Both the position numbers and the translations under genes were made by a program. 64,000 nucleotides of DNA from an uncultured Verrucomicrobiae bacterium (GTDB taxonomy: Bacteria > Verrucomicrobiota > Verrucomicrobiia > Chthoniobacterales > JAFAMB01), in assembly GCA_963813025.1 (NCBI GenBank), contig CAWEXO010000011.1, positions 955,927-1,019,926 on the forward strand, in the 5' to 3' direction. Position 1 is the first letter of the stretch; each line of letters starts with the position of its first letter. Positions 19,565 to 30,522 of the stretch are shown here, one piece after another. Under the pieces are notes generated by a model that had not been told where the DNA came from, did not search any database, and saw only the letters and a program-made list of their open reading frames with translations.

Positions 19565-20412
19565 CGTTGAACCAGGACATCCAAGCTAACCGCGACCACA
19601 AAGACCACGCTGACAAAGGCATTGCTCTGAAAAAAAGCGCGGTTGATCCCGGCAAGGTCCAACGCCGCTGCAGCCCGATGCTCGTAGATCAGGGCGGCCA
19701 ACACGAGAAGCATGGCGGTGTAATAGATTGGCCCTAATCCGGCAATAACCCCAAAAATCAGAAGAGATCCGGAAAAAAGCGCGGCGTGCAGTATCTGAGC
19801 CAGCTTCAAACTGGTCGGGATCCCGTACTTGACTACTAATGAACCGAGGCGCCGCCGCCGGTCAAAATCGTAATCCTGAATGGCGTAAATCAGATCAAAA
19901 CCCGCGACCCAGAAAACGACGCCCGCCGCGAGCACCAAAGGCGCCAGCCCGAACCGTCCGCGGACGGCGAGCCAGGCACCTACCGGCGAAACTGCCAAGG
20001 CAAGACCGATAAAGAATTGGGTGAAAGAGGTGAACCGTTTGCTCAGTGAGTAGAAAAAAACGATCCCAAGAGCAACCGGGGAAAGGAGGAAGCAAAGAAA
20101 ATTGATGAAAGCGCAGGCCAGGACAAAAACAACCGAGGAGCCGATCACCAGCCAAATGGCCACCTTTTTTGGAACCAGCCGATGACGGCTGGCGGTGCGC
20201 GGATTGTCTTTATCGATTTCCCAGTCCACCACCCGGTTAAAAGCCATGGCGGCGGTTCGCGCGGAGATCATGGCCAGCAGGATGAGTAGGATGGTCCGCC
20301 CATCCGGCAACCCATGCGCTGCGACGATCATCGATCCTAGGGCGAAGGGCAGCGCGAAGACTGTATGCGAAAATCGGACAAATTTCAGCAGTCTTTGCAG
20401 GAGATCGAGCAT
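19561..20412 (-). CDS. UbiA-family polyprenyltransferase (MqnP-like)
   Basis: FSHTVFALPFAL, ARTAAMAFNRVVDWEIDKDNPRT, YSLSKRF, GFDLIYAIQD. Confidence 0.9.
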   Translation of the reverse strand: MLDLLQRLLKFVRFSHTVFALPFALGSMIVAAHGLPDGRTILLILLAMISARTAAMAFNRVVDWEIDKDNPRTASRHRLVPKKVAIWLVIGSSVVFVLACAFINFLCFLLSPVALGIVFFYSLSKRFTSFTQFFIGLALAVSPVGAWLAVRGRFGLAPLVLAAGVVFWVAGFDLIYAIQDYDFDRRRRLGSLVVKYGIPTSLKLAQILHAALFSGSLLIFGVIAGLGPIYYTAMLLVLAALIYEHRAAAALDLAGINRAFFQSNAFVSVVFVVAVSLDVLVQR

Positions 20413-20560
20413 GGCGACGGTAGACTAGGGGCGGTATCAGTGTCGGTGCGAGTGCCAGTTCAGGCAAGATCGGGACTGCACGCATCTGACTTATCATGAT
20501 GTTCTTATGTATCCGTTGCGCGCCCTACGCTCTCATGGTAGCCTCTCTCCCAGCTCGTCT

Positions 20561-23500
20561 ATGCCTCCGCTAACCCACATTCACTGGCCTATCCTCGACG
20601 ACCTTGCCCAGCGCATCCTCATCCTCGATGGAGCCATGGGAACCATGATCCAGCAAAGTCAAACTTCGCGAGGAAGACTATCGGGGGACCGTTTCGTTGA
20701 TCATCCCCGGCCCCTCAAAAATAATAACGATATTCTCTGCCTCACCCGGCCGGAGATTGATCTTGGGATTCACCGAGCCATATCTCGCGGCCGGAGCCGA
20801 TATCATCGAGACCAACACCTTTAACGCGACGATCATCTCGCAGCAGGATTTCGGTCTCGAGGAATATGTTCCGGAGATCAATCTGGCCGCAGCCAGACTG
20901 GCCAGCCAGGGCGGCGGACTGACAAAGAGTGACCCGTCGCACCGACGTTATGTCGCGGGATCCATCGGTCCGTTGAACCGAACCCTGTCGATCTCGCGGG
21001 ATGTGAATGATCCCGGGTAAACGCGAGGTAACGTGGGCTGCAGGTCAAAAACGCTTATAAGGAACAGGCGGCGAACTGGTTGCGGGTGGAGTCGATCTGC
21101 TGCTCGTTGAAACGACGTTCGATACCCTCAATCTGAAGGCCGCCTTATTTGCCATCGAGGAGTTTTTTGAGGAATCGGGACAACGCGTGCCGGTGATGGC
21201 ATCCGGCACGATCACGGATGCCAGCGGACGGACTTTGACCGGGCAAACCACCGAGGCTTTCTGGATCTCGATTTCGCATGCCCCTTTGCTCAGTGTCGGG
21301 CTGAATTGCGCTCTCGGTCCAAAAGAGTTGCGGCCGTACATCGAGGAACTTGCGCGGATCGCGCCCATCTACGTTTCCTGCTATCCAAACGCCGGATTTC
21401 CCGATCCTCTTTCGCCGACCGGATTTCCCGGAAACGCCGGAATCGCTGGCTCCTCAACTTCAGGAATGGGCGGAACTTGGCTGGCTCAACATCGTCGGCG
21501 GTTGCTGCGGCACAACACCCGCCCACATCGCTGCTCTCGCAGAGGCGATTGGCGGGCTTCCGCCCCGCAAGATACCTGCATCAAAATCGCACGACGCAGT
21601 TGAGCGGCCTGGAACCGTACACCATTGGCGAAAGTTTCTCGCGTCATCGGGGAACGGACCAACATCACCGGTTCGCCGCGGTTCTCGAAATTGATTCTGG
21701 CCGGAGACTACGACGTGGCGCTGGCTGTAGCGCGCCAACAGGTCGAGGGCGGCGCAAACATCATCGACATCAACATGGACGAGGGAATGATCGATTCGCG
21801 TTGCGGCGATGACCAAGTTCCTGAACCTGATTGCCGCTGAACCGGACATCGCTCGGGTGCCCGATGATGGTGGATAGCTCGCGCTGGACGGTTCTGGAAG
21901 CGGGCCTGCAGTGTCTTCAGGGAAAAGGAATTGTGAACTCGATCAGCCTGAAAGAAGGCGAAGCAAGTTTAACGATCAAGCGCGCCTGGTCCGGCGTTAC
22001 GGAGCCGCGGTTGTTGTGATGGCCTTCGACGAGAAAGGTCAGGCGGACACTTTCGAACGCAAAATCGAGATCTGTTCCCGGGCTTATCGGATTTTGACCG
22101 AAGAGGTGGGCTTTCCTCGCGCAGGACATCATTTTTGATCCAAACATTCTCACGGTCGCGACCGGGATGGAGGAGCACAATAACTACGCGGTCGACTTTC
22201 ATCGAAGCGACGCGCTGGATCAAAGAGAATCTGCCGGGCGCCCTGCGTTAGCGGCGGGGTAAGCAACATTTCGTTTTCTTTTCGCGGCAACAACACGGTG
22301 CGGGAAGCGATGCATGCTGCCTTTCTGTATCATGCGATCAAAGCCGGCCTGAATATGGGGATTGTCAACGCCGGCCAATTGGCAGTCTATGAGGAAATCC
22401 CGCCGGATCTGTCGAATGTTGGTCGAAGATGTTCTGCTGAACCGCCGGCCGGATGCGACAGAGCGCCTGGTGGAGTTTGCCGAGCAGGTCAAGACCTCGA
22501 CGAAAACCCAAGTCAAAGATGAAGCATGGCGGGCCGGCTCCGTGGAGGAGCGGCTTTCCCACGCCCTGATCAAAGGGATCATCGATTATCATAGAAGAGG
22601 ATACGGAGGAAGCGCGGCAAAATACGAACGTCCGCTGGCTGTCATTGAGGGGCCTCTTAATGGCGGGGATGAGCATCGTTGGAGATCTCTTTGGGGCGGG
22701 CAAGATGTTTTTGCCGCAAGTGGTGAAGAGCGCCCGGGTGATGAAGAGATCCGTCGCCTACCTGACTCCGTTCATGGAAAAAGAACGCCAGGAGAATCCC
22801 GACAACGCGGGCGGCCGGCAGGGTGGTCATTGCCACGGTTAAAGGCGATGTCCACGACATCGGCAAGAACATCGTTTCCGTCGTTCTGGCCTGTAACAAT
22901 TTTAAAGTGATCGATCTGGGCGTGATGGTGCCTGCCGAAAAGATCCTGGAGAAAGCCGCCGAAGAAGGTGCGGATGTCGTGGGCCTCAGCGGCCTGATCA
23001 CCCCATCACTCGATGAGATGGCCCATGTTGCTCAGGAAATGAAGCGCCTCGGTTTTGCCGTGCCGCTGTTGATCGGGGGCGCGACAACCAGCAGAGCGCA
23101 CACGGCGGTGAAGATTGCCCCGCATTACAGACGGGCCGACGGTCCACGTGCTCGACGCTTCGCGCGCGGTCGGCGTTGTCGGATCGCTTCATCAGCACAG
23201 ACCTGCGCAGTGGGTTTGTGCAGACCAATGCAGCTGATCAAGAGCGTCTCCGGGAAGAGTTCGATCAACGCCGTTCGCAGAAAAGCTTGATTTCGCTGGC
23301 AGAAGCCCGTGCCCGGCGGACGCCAATTGATTGGACGCAAGCAGATTGCGGTGCCGTATTTTACCGGGATCCGAGTGATCGGTTACCAACCGCTCGAAGA
23401 ACTGCTGCCTTATATTGACTGGTCACCTTTCTTTCATACCTGGGAGATTCGTGGGCGGTTCCCAAAGATTTTCGATGATCCGGCGGTCGGTGAACAGGCG

Positions 23501-24292
23501 AGACAGCTTTTCGAGGACGCCCAGAAACTGTTGCAGGACATCGTTCATGGGAGGTTGTTCACTGCCAAGGCGGTGTACGGATTCTGGCCGGCTAACAGCG
23601 TCGGCGACGACATTGAAGTTATACCGCGACGCGAGAGGCACGGCCTGCTCGCCACATTCCATATGCTCCGGCAGCAGATGGCCAAACCGGCAGCCCAGGC
23701 TAACCATTCCTTGCCGACTACATCGCGCCGCGGGAGTTCCGGCCGGTTGGATTATCTCGGTGCTTTCGCGGTAACCGCCGGCCATGGCGCCGACGAATTG
23801 GCCCGACAATTTGAGTCCGATCACGATGATTATAACGCGATCATGGTCAAAGCGTTGGCGGACCGTCTTGCGGAAGCGTTTGCGGAGATACTTGCATGAG
23901 CGAGTGCGTCGCGAATGGGGTTATGGCGAGACAGGAGAATCTGACAAGGAAGATTTGCTCCGGGAAGTTTATCGCGGCATCCGACCGGCCGCCGGGTATC
24001 CCAGCCTGTCCGGACCACACAGAAAAACGGATTCTTGTTTGATCTGCTTGAGGCGGAAAAGAATACGGGCATCCGTCTGACCGAGAGCTTTGCGATGTGG
24101 CCGGGGGCATCGGTCAGCGGGCTTTATTTTGCTCATCCGGACGCCAAATATTTCGGAGTTGGCAAAGATCGGAGCGGGACCAGGTGCTGGATTATCAGCG
24201 GCGTAAAGGGATGCCCCTTGGAGGAGGTCGAGCGCTGGCTGGGTCCCTATCTGAACTACGTTCCTGAGACGTTGGCCAAAACGGCCAAATAA
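20561..24292 (+). pseudogene. metH: B12-dependent methionine synthase split into at least 15 frame fragments (probably sequence error)
   Basis: [84 protein letters not shown], all in canonical order. Confidence 0.92.
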
Positions 24293-24329
24293 AAGCGTTC
24301 GCGTTGGAGACGAGACAGAGAATTTCTAT

Positions 24330-25298
24330 CTATTGCCCCTCGTCCTTGTAAAATCTCCCGGCGTCCTGCGTATTGTCCTTGGTAATTAGCTTGATCGGCG
24401 CATCCAGCTTACTCGGTGCATCCTGACCGTTCAGCTTCTTCACCATCGTCTCGACCGCCAGGTAGGCCATCGCATCCGGGTACTGCGCGACCGTGGAAGT
24501 AAGCAAACCGTTCTTGATGGCCTGAACAGCCTCGGGTGTGCCGTCAACGCTCATGATCAGCACCTGGCCGCGGAGACCGGCTGCCTGCACCGCCCGGACC
24601 GCTCCGAGACCCATGTCGTCATTTGCCGCAAAAATTGCCTTCAGACCCGGATTACTCTGGAGGACGTTAGTCGCCACATCATAGGCTTTCCCGCGATCCC
24701 AGTTTGCCGGCTGGCTGGCCACGACTTTGAATCCGGCGCTCTTTGCCGTGTCCGTGAATCCCTTGACTCGGTCGATACTGCTGGTGGTTCCAGGCGCCCC
24801 TTCGATCACGGCAACATCCGCGCTTTTAGCAATCAACTTGGCCAGAAGCTGCCCCTGCAAAGTTCCCGCCTCGACATTATTCGAAGCAATTTGTGTCACG
24901 AGCGTAATGTGATCCTTCGCCGCGGCATCCGGAGGGATTAACTCATCAATGTTAATGATCGGAAGGTTTTTCGCGCTTGCTTGACGCAAAGCGCTGTTCA
25001 GGCTTGTCGCCCGGAAGGGTGTAACGATGAGCCCATCAAAACCGCCCTGGTTCAGCCAGCCCTCCAGGATGCTTAATTGCTGGTCTTCGGCGTTCTCGGT
25101 TGGCGTGCTGCCAAACGCAATGTCCACATTTAACTTCTTTGCCGCATAATCGTAACCCTCCTTCATTTGGAGAAAGTAGGGATTGGAAAGATTCTTCGTC
25201 AGCGCGCCGAGGTGATACTTTTTGGTCGATTGGGCTTCCAGATTGTTGACCAGGAGCAAGGCGGCGGCGAGACCGAAGAAGAGACGTGGGGTGATCAT
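24330..25298 (-). CDS. Sugar ABC transporter substrate-binding protein (RbsB-like)
   Basis: Signal peptide; LSNPYF; AANDDMGLG; SVDG. Confidence 0.9.
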   Translation of the reverse strand: MITPRLFFGLAAALLLVNNLEAQSTKKYHLGALTKNLSNPYFLQMKEGYDYAAKKLNVDIAFGSTPTENAEDQQLSILEGWLNQGGFDGLIVTPFRATSLNSALRQASAKNLPIINIDELIPPDAAAKDHITLVTQIASNNVEAGTLQGQLLAKLIAKSADVAVIEGAPGTTSSIDRVKGFTDTAKSAGFKVVASQPANWDRGKAYDVATNVLQSNPGLKAIFAANDDMGLGAVRAVQAAGLRGQVLIMSVDGTPEAVQAIKNGLLTSTVAQYPDAMAYLAVETMVKKLNGQDAPSKLDAPIKLITKDNTQDAGRFYKDEGQ

Positions 25299-25355
25299 AG
25301 TATTCGAAGGAGGACTAGGATAATACGTTACAACCGGCGGAGTTGCTGCAACAGA

Positions 25356-26342
25356 CTAATTGGACGGCTGCCGTCGCCAGCGGTCCAGCATTACCGCCAG
25401 AATAATCACCCAACCAATCACGAATTGCTGCCAAAAAGTTGGCACATTCAGAATGTTCATCCCGTTGCGAACCAGGCTTATGATGAGAGCGCCTACCAAC
25501 GTGCCGGCCATTGAACCGGAACCGCCGGTCAGACTGGTTCCACCCATGATCGTTGCCGCAATCGCGTCCAGTTCGAACCCGATCCCTGCCGTCGGATCGG
25601 CCGAACTCAGCCGGGCAGTTAACAACGCGGCGGCCAAGCCGGTCAGCAAGCCGGCCAAAACATAGATTTTCATCAAGTGCCCCTTCACATTGATCCCAGC
25701 CAGCCGCGAGGCTTCTTCGTTGCCGCCGATGGCAAAGGTGTATTTCCCGAACCGGGTTGTTACCAATAGCCACCACGCCAAGCCGAGCACGGCTAAAGCG
25801 ATTACTACCTGCACGGGAATGGGTCCGATGAATCCGGCAAACATCAGCAGGAAATTTGGCGTAAAATCATAGACCGGCCGGCCGTCGCTCAGCACCAAGG
25901 CGAGACCGCGGAAGACACCCATCGTCCCGAGAGTGACAATAAAGGGCTGGAGCTTTATCCGGGTGATCAGCAGCCCGTTGAGAGCGCCGCAAAATCCGCC
26001 GGCCACAATAGCAACGGCCAAGCCGCTCCAGCCGGATGCCCCGGCATGCATAGCTAAAGCAGCGCACAATCCGGCGAATCCAACGATGGAGCCCACCGAG
26101 AGATCGATCCCGCCGCTGATGATGACGAAGGTCATGCCGATCGCGATCACCAGGTTTACCGCGGCCTGCAACACTACCTGCAGCAGGTTGCGCGGCGTCA
26201 GGAAATATTGCTGGCCACGGATGAGTGGTGTCGCCACCGCGAGGACTACCACCAGGCAAAGCAAGACTACGAAAATGCCGTATTCAGCGAGCCACATGCG
26301 GCGCGCGCTTTCGTTTCGCGGAAAAGATACGCCGAGATGCAT
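25356..26342 (-). CDS. Sugar ABC transporter permease (RbsC-like)
   Basis: GGIDLSVGS, PFIVTLG, AIGGNEEASRLAGI, ELDAIAA. Confidence 0.92.
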   Translation of the reverse strand: MHLGVSFPRNESARRMWLAEYGIFVVLLCLVVVLAVATPLIRGQQYFLTPRNLLQVVLQAAVNLVIAIGMTFVIISGGIDLSVGSIVGFAGLCAALAMHAGASGWSGLAVAIVAGGFCGALNGLLITRIKLQPFIVTLGTMGVFRGLALVLSDGRPVYDFTPNFLLMFAGFIGPIPVQVVIALAVLGLAWWLLVTTRFGKYTFAIGGNEEASRLAGINVKGHLMKIYVLAGLLTGLAAALLTARLSSADPTAGIGFELDAIAATIMGGTSLTGGSGSMAGTLVGALIISLVRNGMNILNVPTFWQQFVIGWVIILAVMLDRWRRQPSN

Positions 26343-26345
26343 TGG

Positions 26346-27119
26346 TTACTTTCCTGGCGCCGGATCGTTCGGACGCCGCGCCCCGGTGATGTAACCAACG
26401 ATTTCTTCCAGGCTCGTCTCCGTTTTGCGCAGATCAGCCACCAGCTTGCCGTGCCGCAACACGAGAATGCGATCGGCGATCCGATAAACATCTTGCATGT
26501 TGTGGCTCACCACCAGTGACGTGAGATGATCGACGTTCCGCAACTTCTCCAATAAGAGCAGCACTTGCTCAGTTTCTCTCACACCCAAGGCCGCGGTCGG
26601 TTCATCCAGTACGAGCAACGCGCGACTCCACATGACGGCGCGCCCGATCGCCACCGCCTGCCGTTGCCCTCCGCTCAGTGATCGCACAGGGACACGGGGC
26701 GGGGGAACCTTGATTTGGAGTCGTTGCAGCACGTCGACGGTTTGCCTCCGCATCTCGCGTTTGTTCAGCATACCGAGCCGGCCCGAGAGTCCGCGACCCA
26801 GGATCTCGCGGCCAAGGAAGACATTTTCGCTGACATCAAGCTGTTCAACCAGCGCTAAGTGCTGGAACACAGTTTCGATGCCCGCCGTTCGCGCCTCTGC
26901 CGTTGTGCTGAAATGAACCGGTACGCCTGCAAGCAGAATCTTCCCCGCACTGGGAGCGAGCGCGCCTGACAGAATCTTGATGAGAGTGGATTTTCCGGCG
27001 CCGTTGTCCCCGACCAAGGCACTCACTTCGCCGGCTCGCAAGCTGAAAGTCACGCCGCAGAGTGCTTCAATCGCGCCGTAAGCCTTGCGTAAATCTTCGA
27101 CTTCGAGCAACCACGCCAT
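26346..27119 (-). CDS. Sugar ABC transporter ATP-binding protein (single domain)
   Basis: GDNGAGKST, LSGGQRQ, LDEPTAALG, SHN. Confidence 0.93.
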   Translation of the reverse strand: MAWLLEVEDLRKAYGAIEALCGVTFSLRAGEVSALVGDNGAGKSTLIKILSGALAPSAGKILLAGVPVHFSTTAEARTAGIETVFQHLALVEQLDVSENVFLGREILGRGLSGRLGMLNKREMRRQTVDVLQRLQIKVPPPRVPVRSLSGGQRQAVAIGRAVMWSRALLVLDEPTAALGVRETEQVLLLLEKLRNVDHLTSLVVSHNMQDVYRIADRILVLRHGKLVADLRKTETSLEEIVGYITGARRPNDPAPGK

Positions 27120-27340
27120 CGTTAAGGACTCTAGCAGGCTCGACGAGTTCCGCGATCGCCTTGCGCAGACGGCTGATGCGCAGTTGTCTTTCGCTCCGGG
27201 CGCCGTGGAGAATAAAAAACCCGCTTTTCGTCTTGAAAAGAACGGCCGGCCTCCTTGGTAGCGCGGACCGCCTGGTCCGTATCTCCGGGTTTTGGGTTGC
27301 TTTTGTCCCGAACTGGAAATCAGGACTCAGCCTGCGCTCA

Positions 27341-28105
27341 TTAGTCTTGGGCGTGCTTCGCTGCCTGTTCAATCAGGGCAGCAACCTCTTTGGGATGGGA
27401 TTCGTACACCGAATGGCTCGCCCCCTCGATTTCCATCGTATGGCTTCGGGCGCGGGCGGCGTACATCCGCTCAAGGTCAGGATTGATAATCCTGTCCGCC
27501 TTGGCGACCATGTACCAGCTCGGCTTCACCTTCCACGCCGGATCGGCAATCTCGCTCGTGAATACCTGGGCCGACGTCGGCATCTGCGCATGGGCTTCGA
27601 ATTCCGCTTGCTTTAGCGGCAGATCGGCCGCGAAGTCGGCTGGTAATCTGAAGGATTGAGTAGTAGGAAACCGTCCGGAGTCTTCACGACGGCCCTGGTT
27701 AGGTTCGGAAATTTCTTACCGTTCCCAACCTCGGTTTCGCCGGTGTCCAGCGCGTGGGCCGCAATGTAGACGAGGCCAGCGACATGGGGATCGTTTCCGG
27801 CCTCGGTGATAATGGCCCCGCCGTAGCTATTGGCCCACGAGGATGGTCGGACCGTCCTGGCGATCGAGGATGCGCTTGGTCGCGGCCACGTCTTCGGCAA
27901 ACGATGTCAACGGCTCTTGGACCAGGGTGACGTCGTAGCCATCCTCGACCAGAATATCATAGACCGGCCGCCAGCCGCCACCATCGACGAAGGCGCCATG
28001 CACTAGAACGATGTTTTTGATCGGCACGGCCACCGCCGGGGCGACAGCTCCGATTAAGAGAACGGCGCTGGCTGCCGAGACAAGACGAAGGATGTTTAAA
28101 GTCAT
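27341..28105 (-). pseudogene. Secreted alpha/beta hydrolase, frameshifted into three pieces
   Basis: Signal peptide; VLVHGAFVDGGGW; removing one base near 27830 restores GHSYGG; C-terminal ASHS..SHP. Confidence 0.8.
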
Positions 28106-28182
28106 GATGGGTTGCTTAGAGCGTTAGGGATGAATATTTTGTCCTCCAAAGGTATCACCGTCGCTGGCAGTCAAAGATCCGT

Positions 28183-29703
28183 TTACATCGTCGCGCCGAT
28201 AACCCACGGCACAAACTCGTTTTCCCCGTAGCCGAGCTCTTCGCTCTTTGTCTTTTCTCCGGAGGCAACCGCCAGGATTTTCTGAAAAATGCGCTCACCC
28301 ATTTCTTCGAGTGAGGCAGTGCCATCGAGGATCTCTCCGCAATTGATATCCATGTCCTCCATCTGCCGCAGGTAGGTGGCGGAGTTGGTGGAGAGCTTGA
28401 TCGAGGGAGCCGGTTTGCCGCCAAAGGCCGAGCCTCGGCCGGTCGTAAAACAGATGAGGTTTGCGCCACCCGCCACCTGGCCGGTCGCCGACACCGGGTC
28501 GTACCCGGGCGTATCCATGAAGACCAGACCCGGACCTGTCGCTTGTTCGGCGTACTCATAGACAGCCATCAGCCCGGTTGATCCGCCTTTGGCCACAGCC
28601 CCCAAGGATTTTTCCAGGATGGTTGTGAGTCCGCCCGCTTTGTTTCCGGGCGAGGGATTGTTGTCCATCGTGGCGTCATGTCGCGCAGTGTATTCCTCCC
28701 ACCAACGGATTCGCGCCACCAGCCGATCAGCGATTGCCGGGCTGGCGGCGCGGCGGATCAAAAGATGTTCGGCGCCGTAAATCTCAGGGGTTTCCGAGAG
28801 GATGGCGGTGCCGCCCGCTCGGACCAGGTGATCGACGGCGACGCCTAATGCGGGATTGGCGGTCACGCCGGAGTAGCCGTCAGATCCACCGCACTGCAAC
28901 GCCAACACCAAGTGCCGAGTAGAGACTGGCTCACGCGTGATCTTGTTCGCCGCAGGCAGCATCTCCTTGAGAAGATCGATGCCGCGCTTGATCGTCTTCG
29001 TTGTTCCGCCGCTTTCCTGGATGGTGAAGGTGCGCAGCCGTTCCGATTCTGTAAGCTGTTCTTCTTCCAGCAGTGAACGGATTTGGTTGGATTCGCAGCC
29101 GAGCCCGATCAACAAAACGCCGGCAAAGTTTACCTGCCTGGCGTACCCACCGATGGTACGCTGCAGCGTGCGGAGGCCGAGCCCTTCCGCGGCCATAGCG
29201 CATCCGGTGCCATGAGTCAGGCCGACTACTCCGTCGATGCTGGGAAAGTCTTCCAGGAGTTCCGGACGATAGGCGAAGGTATCGGCAATCGCCCGGACTA
29301 CGGTAGCTGAGCAGTTTACTGAACTGAGGACACCGAGGTAATTGCGCGTGCCCATCCGACCGTCGGGCCGAACGATGCCCAGAAAGCTTTGCTCGCGCGT
29401 TTGCGTAGGATGGTAATCAGTCCCGGGCCGGTAATTTCGTTCGTGTTCCGACATCGCCAGATTATGCACATGGACGTGTTGACCTGCTACAATCGGTTGG
29501 CTGGCAACTCCGATGGTTTGTCCGTAGCGGAACACTGGTTCGTCAGGCTTGATCGTTGAAGCGGCAACTTTGTGTCCGGCCGGGATGGGTTGGATGCAGC
29601 GGACGCCTTTTTCAGCAGCCAAAATGGTTCCCGGCGCCAGATCACAGCAAGCGATGACGATGTTATCGGTTTGGTGCAGGCGGATGGTTTGGGGCGGAGT
29701 CAC
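28183..29703 (-). CDS. Altronate/galactarate dehydratase family protein (SAF plus GD_AH domains)
   Basis: IPAGHKVA, HVHVHN, GTRNY, SVNCS, GLGCE, QCGGSDG, NPSPGNKAGG, FTTGRG (UxaA/GarD family). Confidence 0.92.
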   Translation of the reverse strand: MTPPQTIRLHQTDNIVIACCDLAPGTILAAEKGVRCIQPIPAGHKVAASTIKPDEPVFRYGQTIGVASQPIVAGQHVHVHNLAMSEHERNYRPGTDYHPTQTREQSFLGIVRPDGRMGTRNYLGVLSSVNCSATVVRAIADTFAYRPELLEDFPSIDGVVGLTHGTGCAMAAEGLGLRTLQRTIGGYARQVNFAGVLLIGLGCESNQIRSLLEEEQLTESERLRTFTIQESGGTTKTIKRGIDLLKEMLPAANKITREPVSTRHLVLALQCGGSDGYSGVTANPALGVAVDHLVRAGGTAILSETPEIYGAEHLLIRRAASPAIADRLVARIRWWEEYTARHDATMDNNPSPGNKAGGLTTILEKSLGAVAKGGSTGLMAVYEYAEQATGPGLVFMDTPGYDPVSATGQVAGGANLICFTTGRGSAFGGKPAPSIKLSTNSATYLRQMEDMDINCGEILDGTASLEEMGERIFQKILAVASGEKTKSEELGYGENEFVPWVIGATM

Positions 29704-29733
29704 GGGGTGATAAAGAGTCGAGCGTGTGTTTTA

Positions 29734-29755
29734 GTCACACCGGCATCCTGCCGGT
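29734..29755 (+). repeat. REP downstream of the RAYT
   Basis: GTCAC-ACCGGCA-TCC-TGCCGGT hairpin. Confidence 0.8.
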
Positions 29756-29785
29756 AATTTATTTTGCACCGCAGACTGACCGGCG

Positions 29786-30409
29786 TCACATCAAGTTGCC
29801 GTAATAGGTATATTCGTCGGGTTTCAATTTCGCTTTTTTGGGGTTATTCGCAATGTACAAGCAGAGTGCATCCAACTGACCTTCAGAGCGGACGATCCGA
29901 TCAAAATATTCATCCATCCAAAAAGACCCTGCGTGTTTTAGAAGGCGATTGATCTGGAGCGCCGAAAACGATTTCCAGGAATGTAGGATTTGGCTCAACG
30001 ATTTGTTCAGGGGCCGGACAATGATATGCACGTGGTTGGGCATCAGAATGAAGCTCTCAAGCTGATAGGGGTCATGATCGAACCTGAATAGAGTCGTCTG
30101 CACGAGGGACCGCACAGCAGGAACTCTCAAAGCGCACGAGCCATACCCTTGATCTAGCCACGACTCAAGTTTTGTGTGGAACCGGCGATGATATTCCTCT
30201 TCGGTAGCTGAGTCCCAAGGTCGGGGGTGCAAAGCGAGCCAGGCAGCTTTCTCCGATCGGAACGAGTCAAGCAGCGCTTTGGGCAGAGAATCGGCCAAGC
30301 GAAATGTGACAAAATAAGTAGAACCCGATTGTCGCCAAGGGGGCAGGTTACGACGGGTGCTTTTAACCAAGGCGTAGGGATCAAAAGTTTGGAACAGAGT
30401 TTGGCGCAT
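29786..30409 (-). mobile_element. REP-associated tyrosine transposase (RAYT, Y1 HUH family)
   Basis: RRNLPPW, YFVTFRLADS, MPNHVH (HUH), WKSFSA, FWMDEYFDRIVR, YIANNP; flanked by inverted REPs. Confidence 0.9.
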
Positions 30410-30490
30410 ATAAATAACAATAAATAAAGTCGGTATTAATTGCAAGAAGCCTTTGTCACGGAGAAGCCCCCAGCTTGTCAAAGTTTCAGG

Positions 30491-30512
30491 ACCGGCAGGA
30501 TGCCGGTATCAC
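30491..30512 (-). repeat. REP upstream of the RAYT
   Basis: Reverse complement GTGAT-ACCGGCA-TCC-TGCCGGT; same hairpin as 29739-29755. Confidence 0.8.
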
Positions 30513-30522
30513 TTTGAAAGCC

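Noticed and set aside
20413..20560. SAM, SAH or cobalamin riboswitch upstream of metH
   Set aside because: I could not recognise the conserved cores in this short divergent spacer; an Rfam/Infernal scan would settle it.
27120..27340. Gene between the hydrolase and the ABC ATPase
   Set aside because: The overlapping ORFs have no recognisable motif; it may be a remnant but I cannot support a call.
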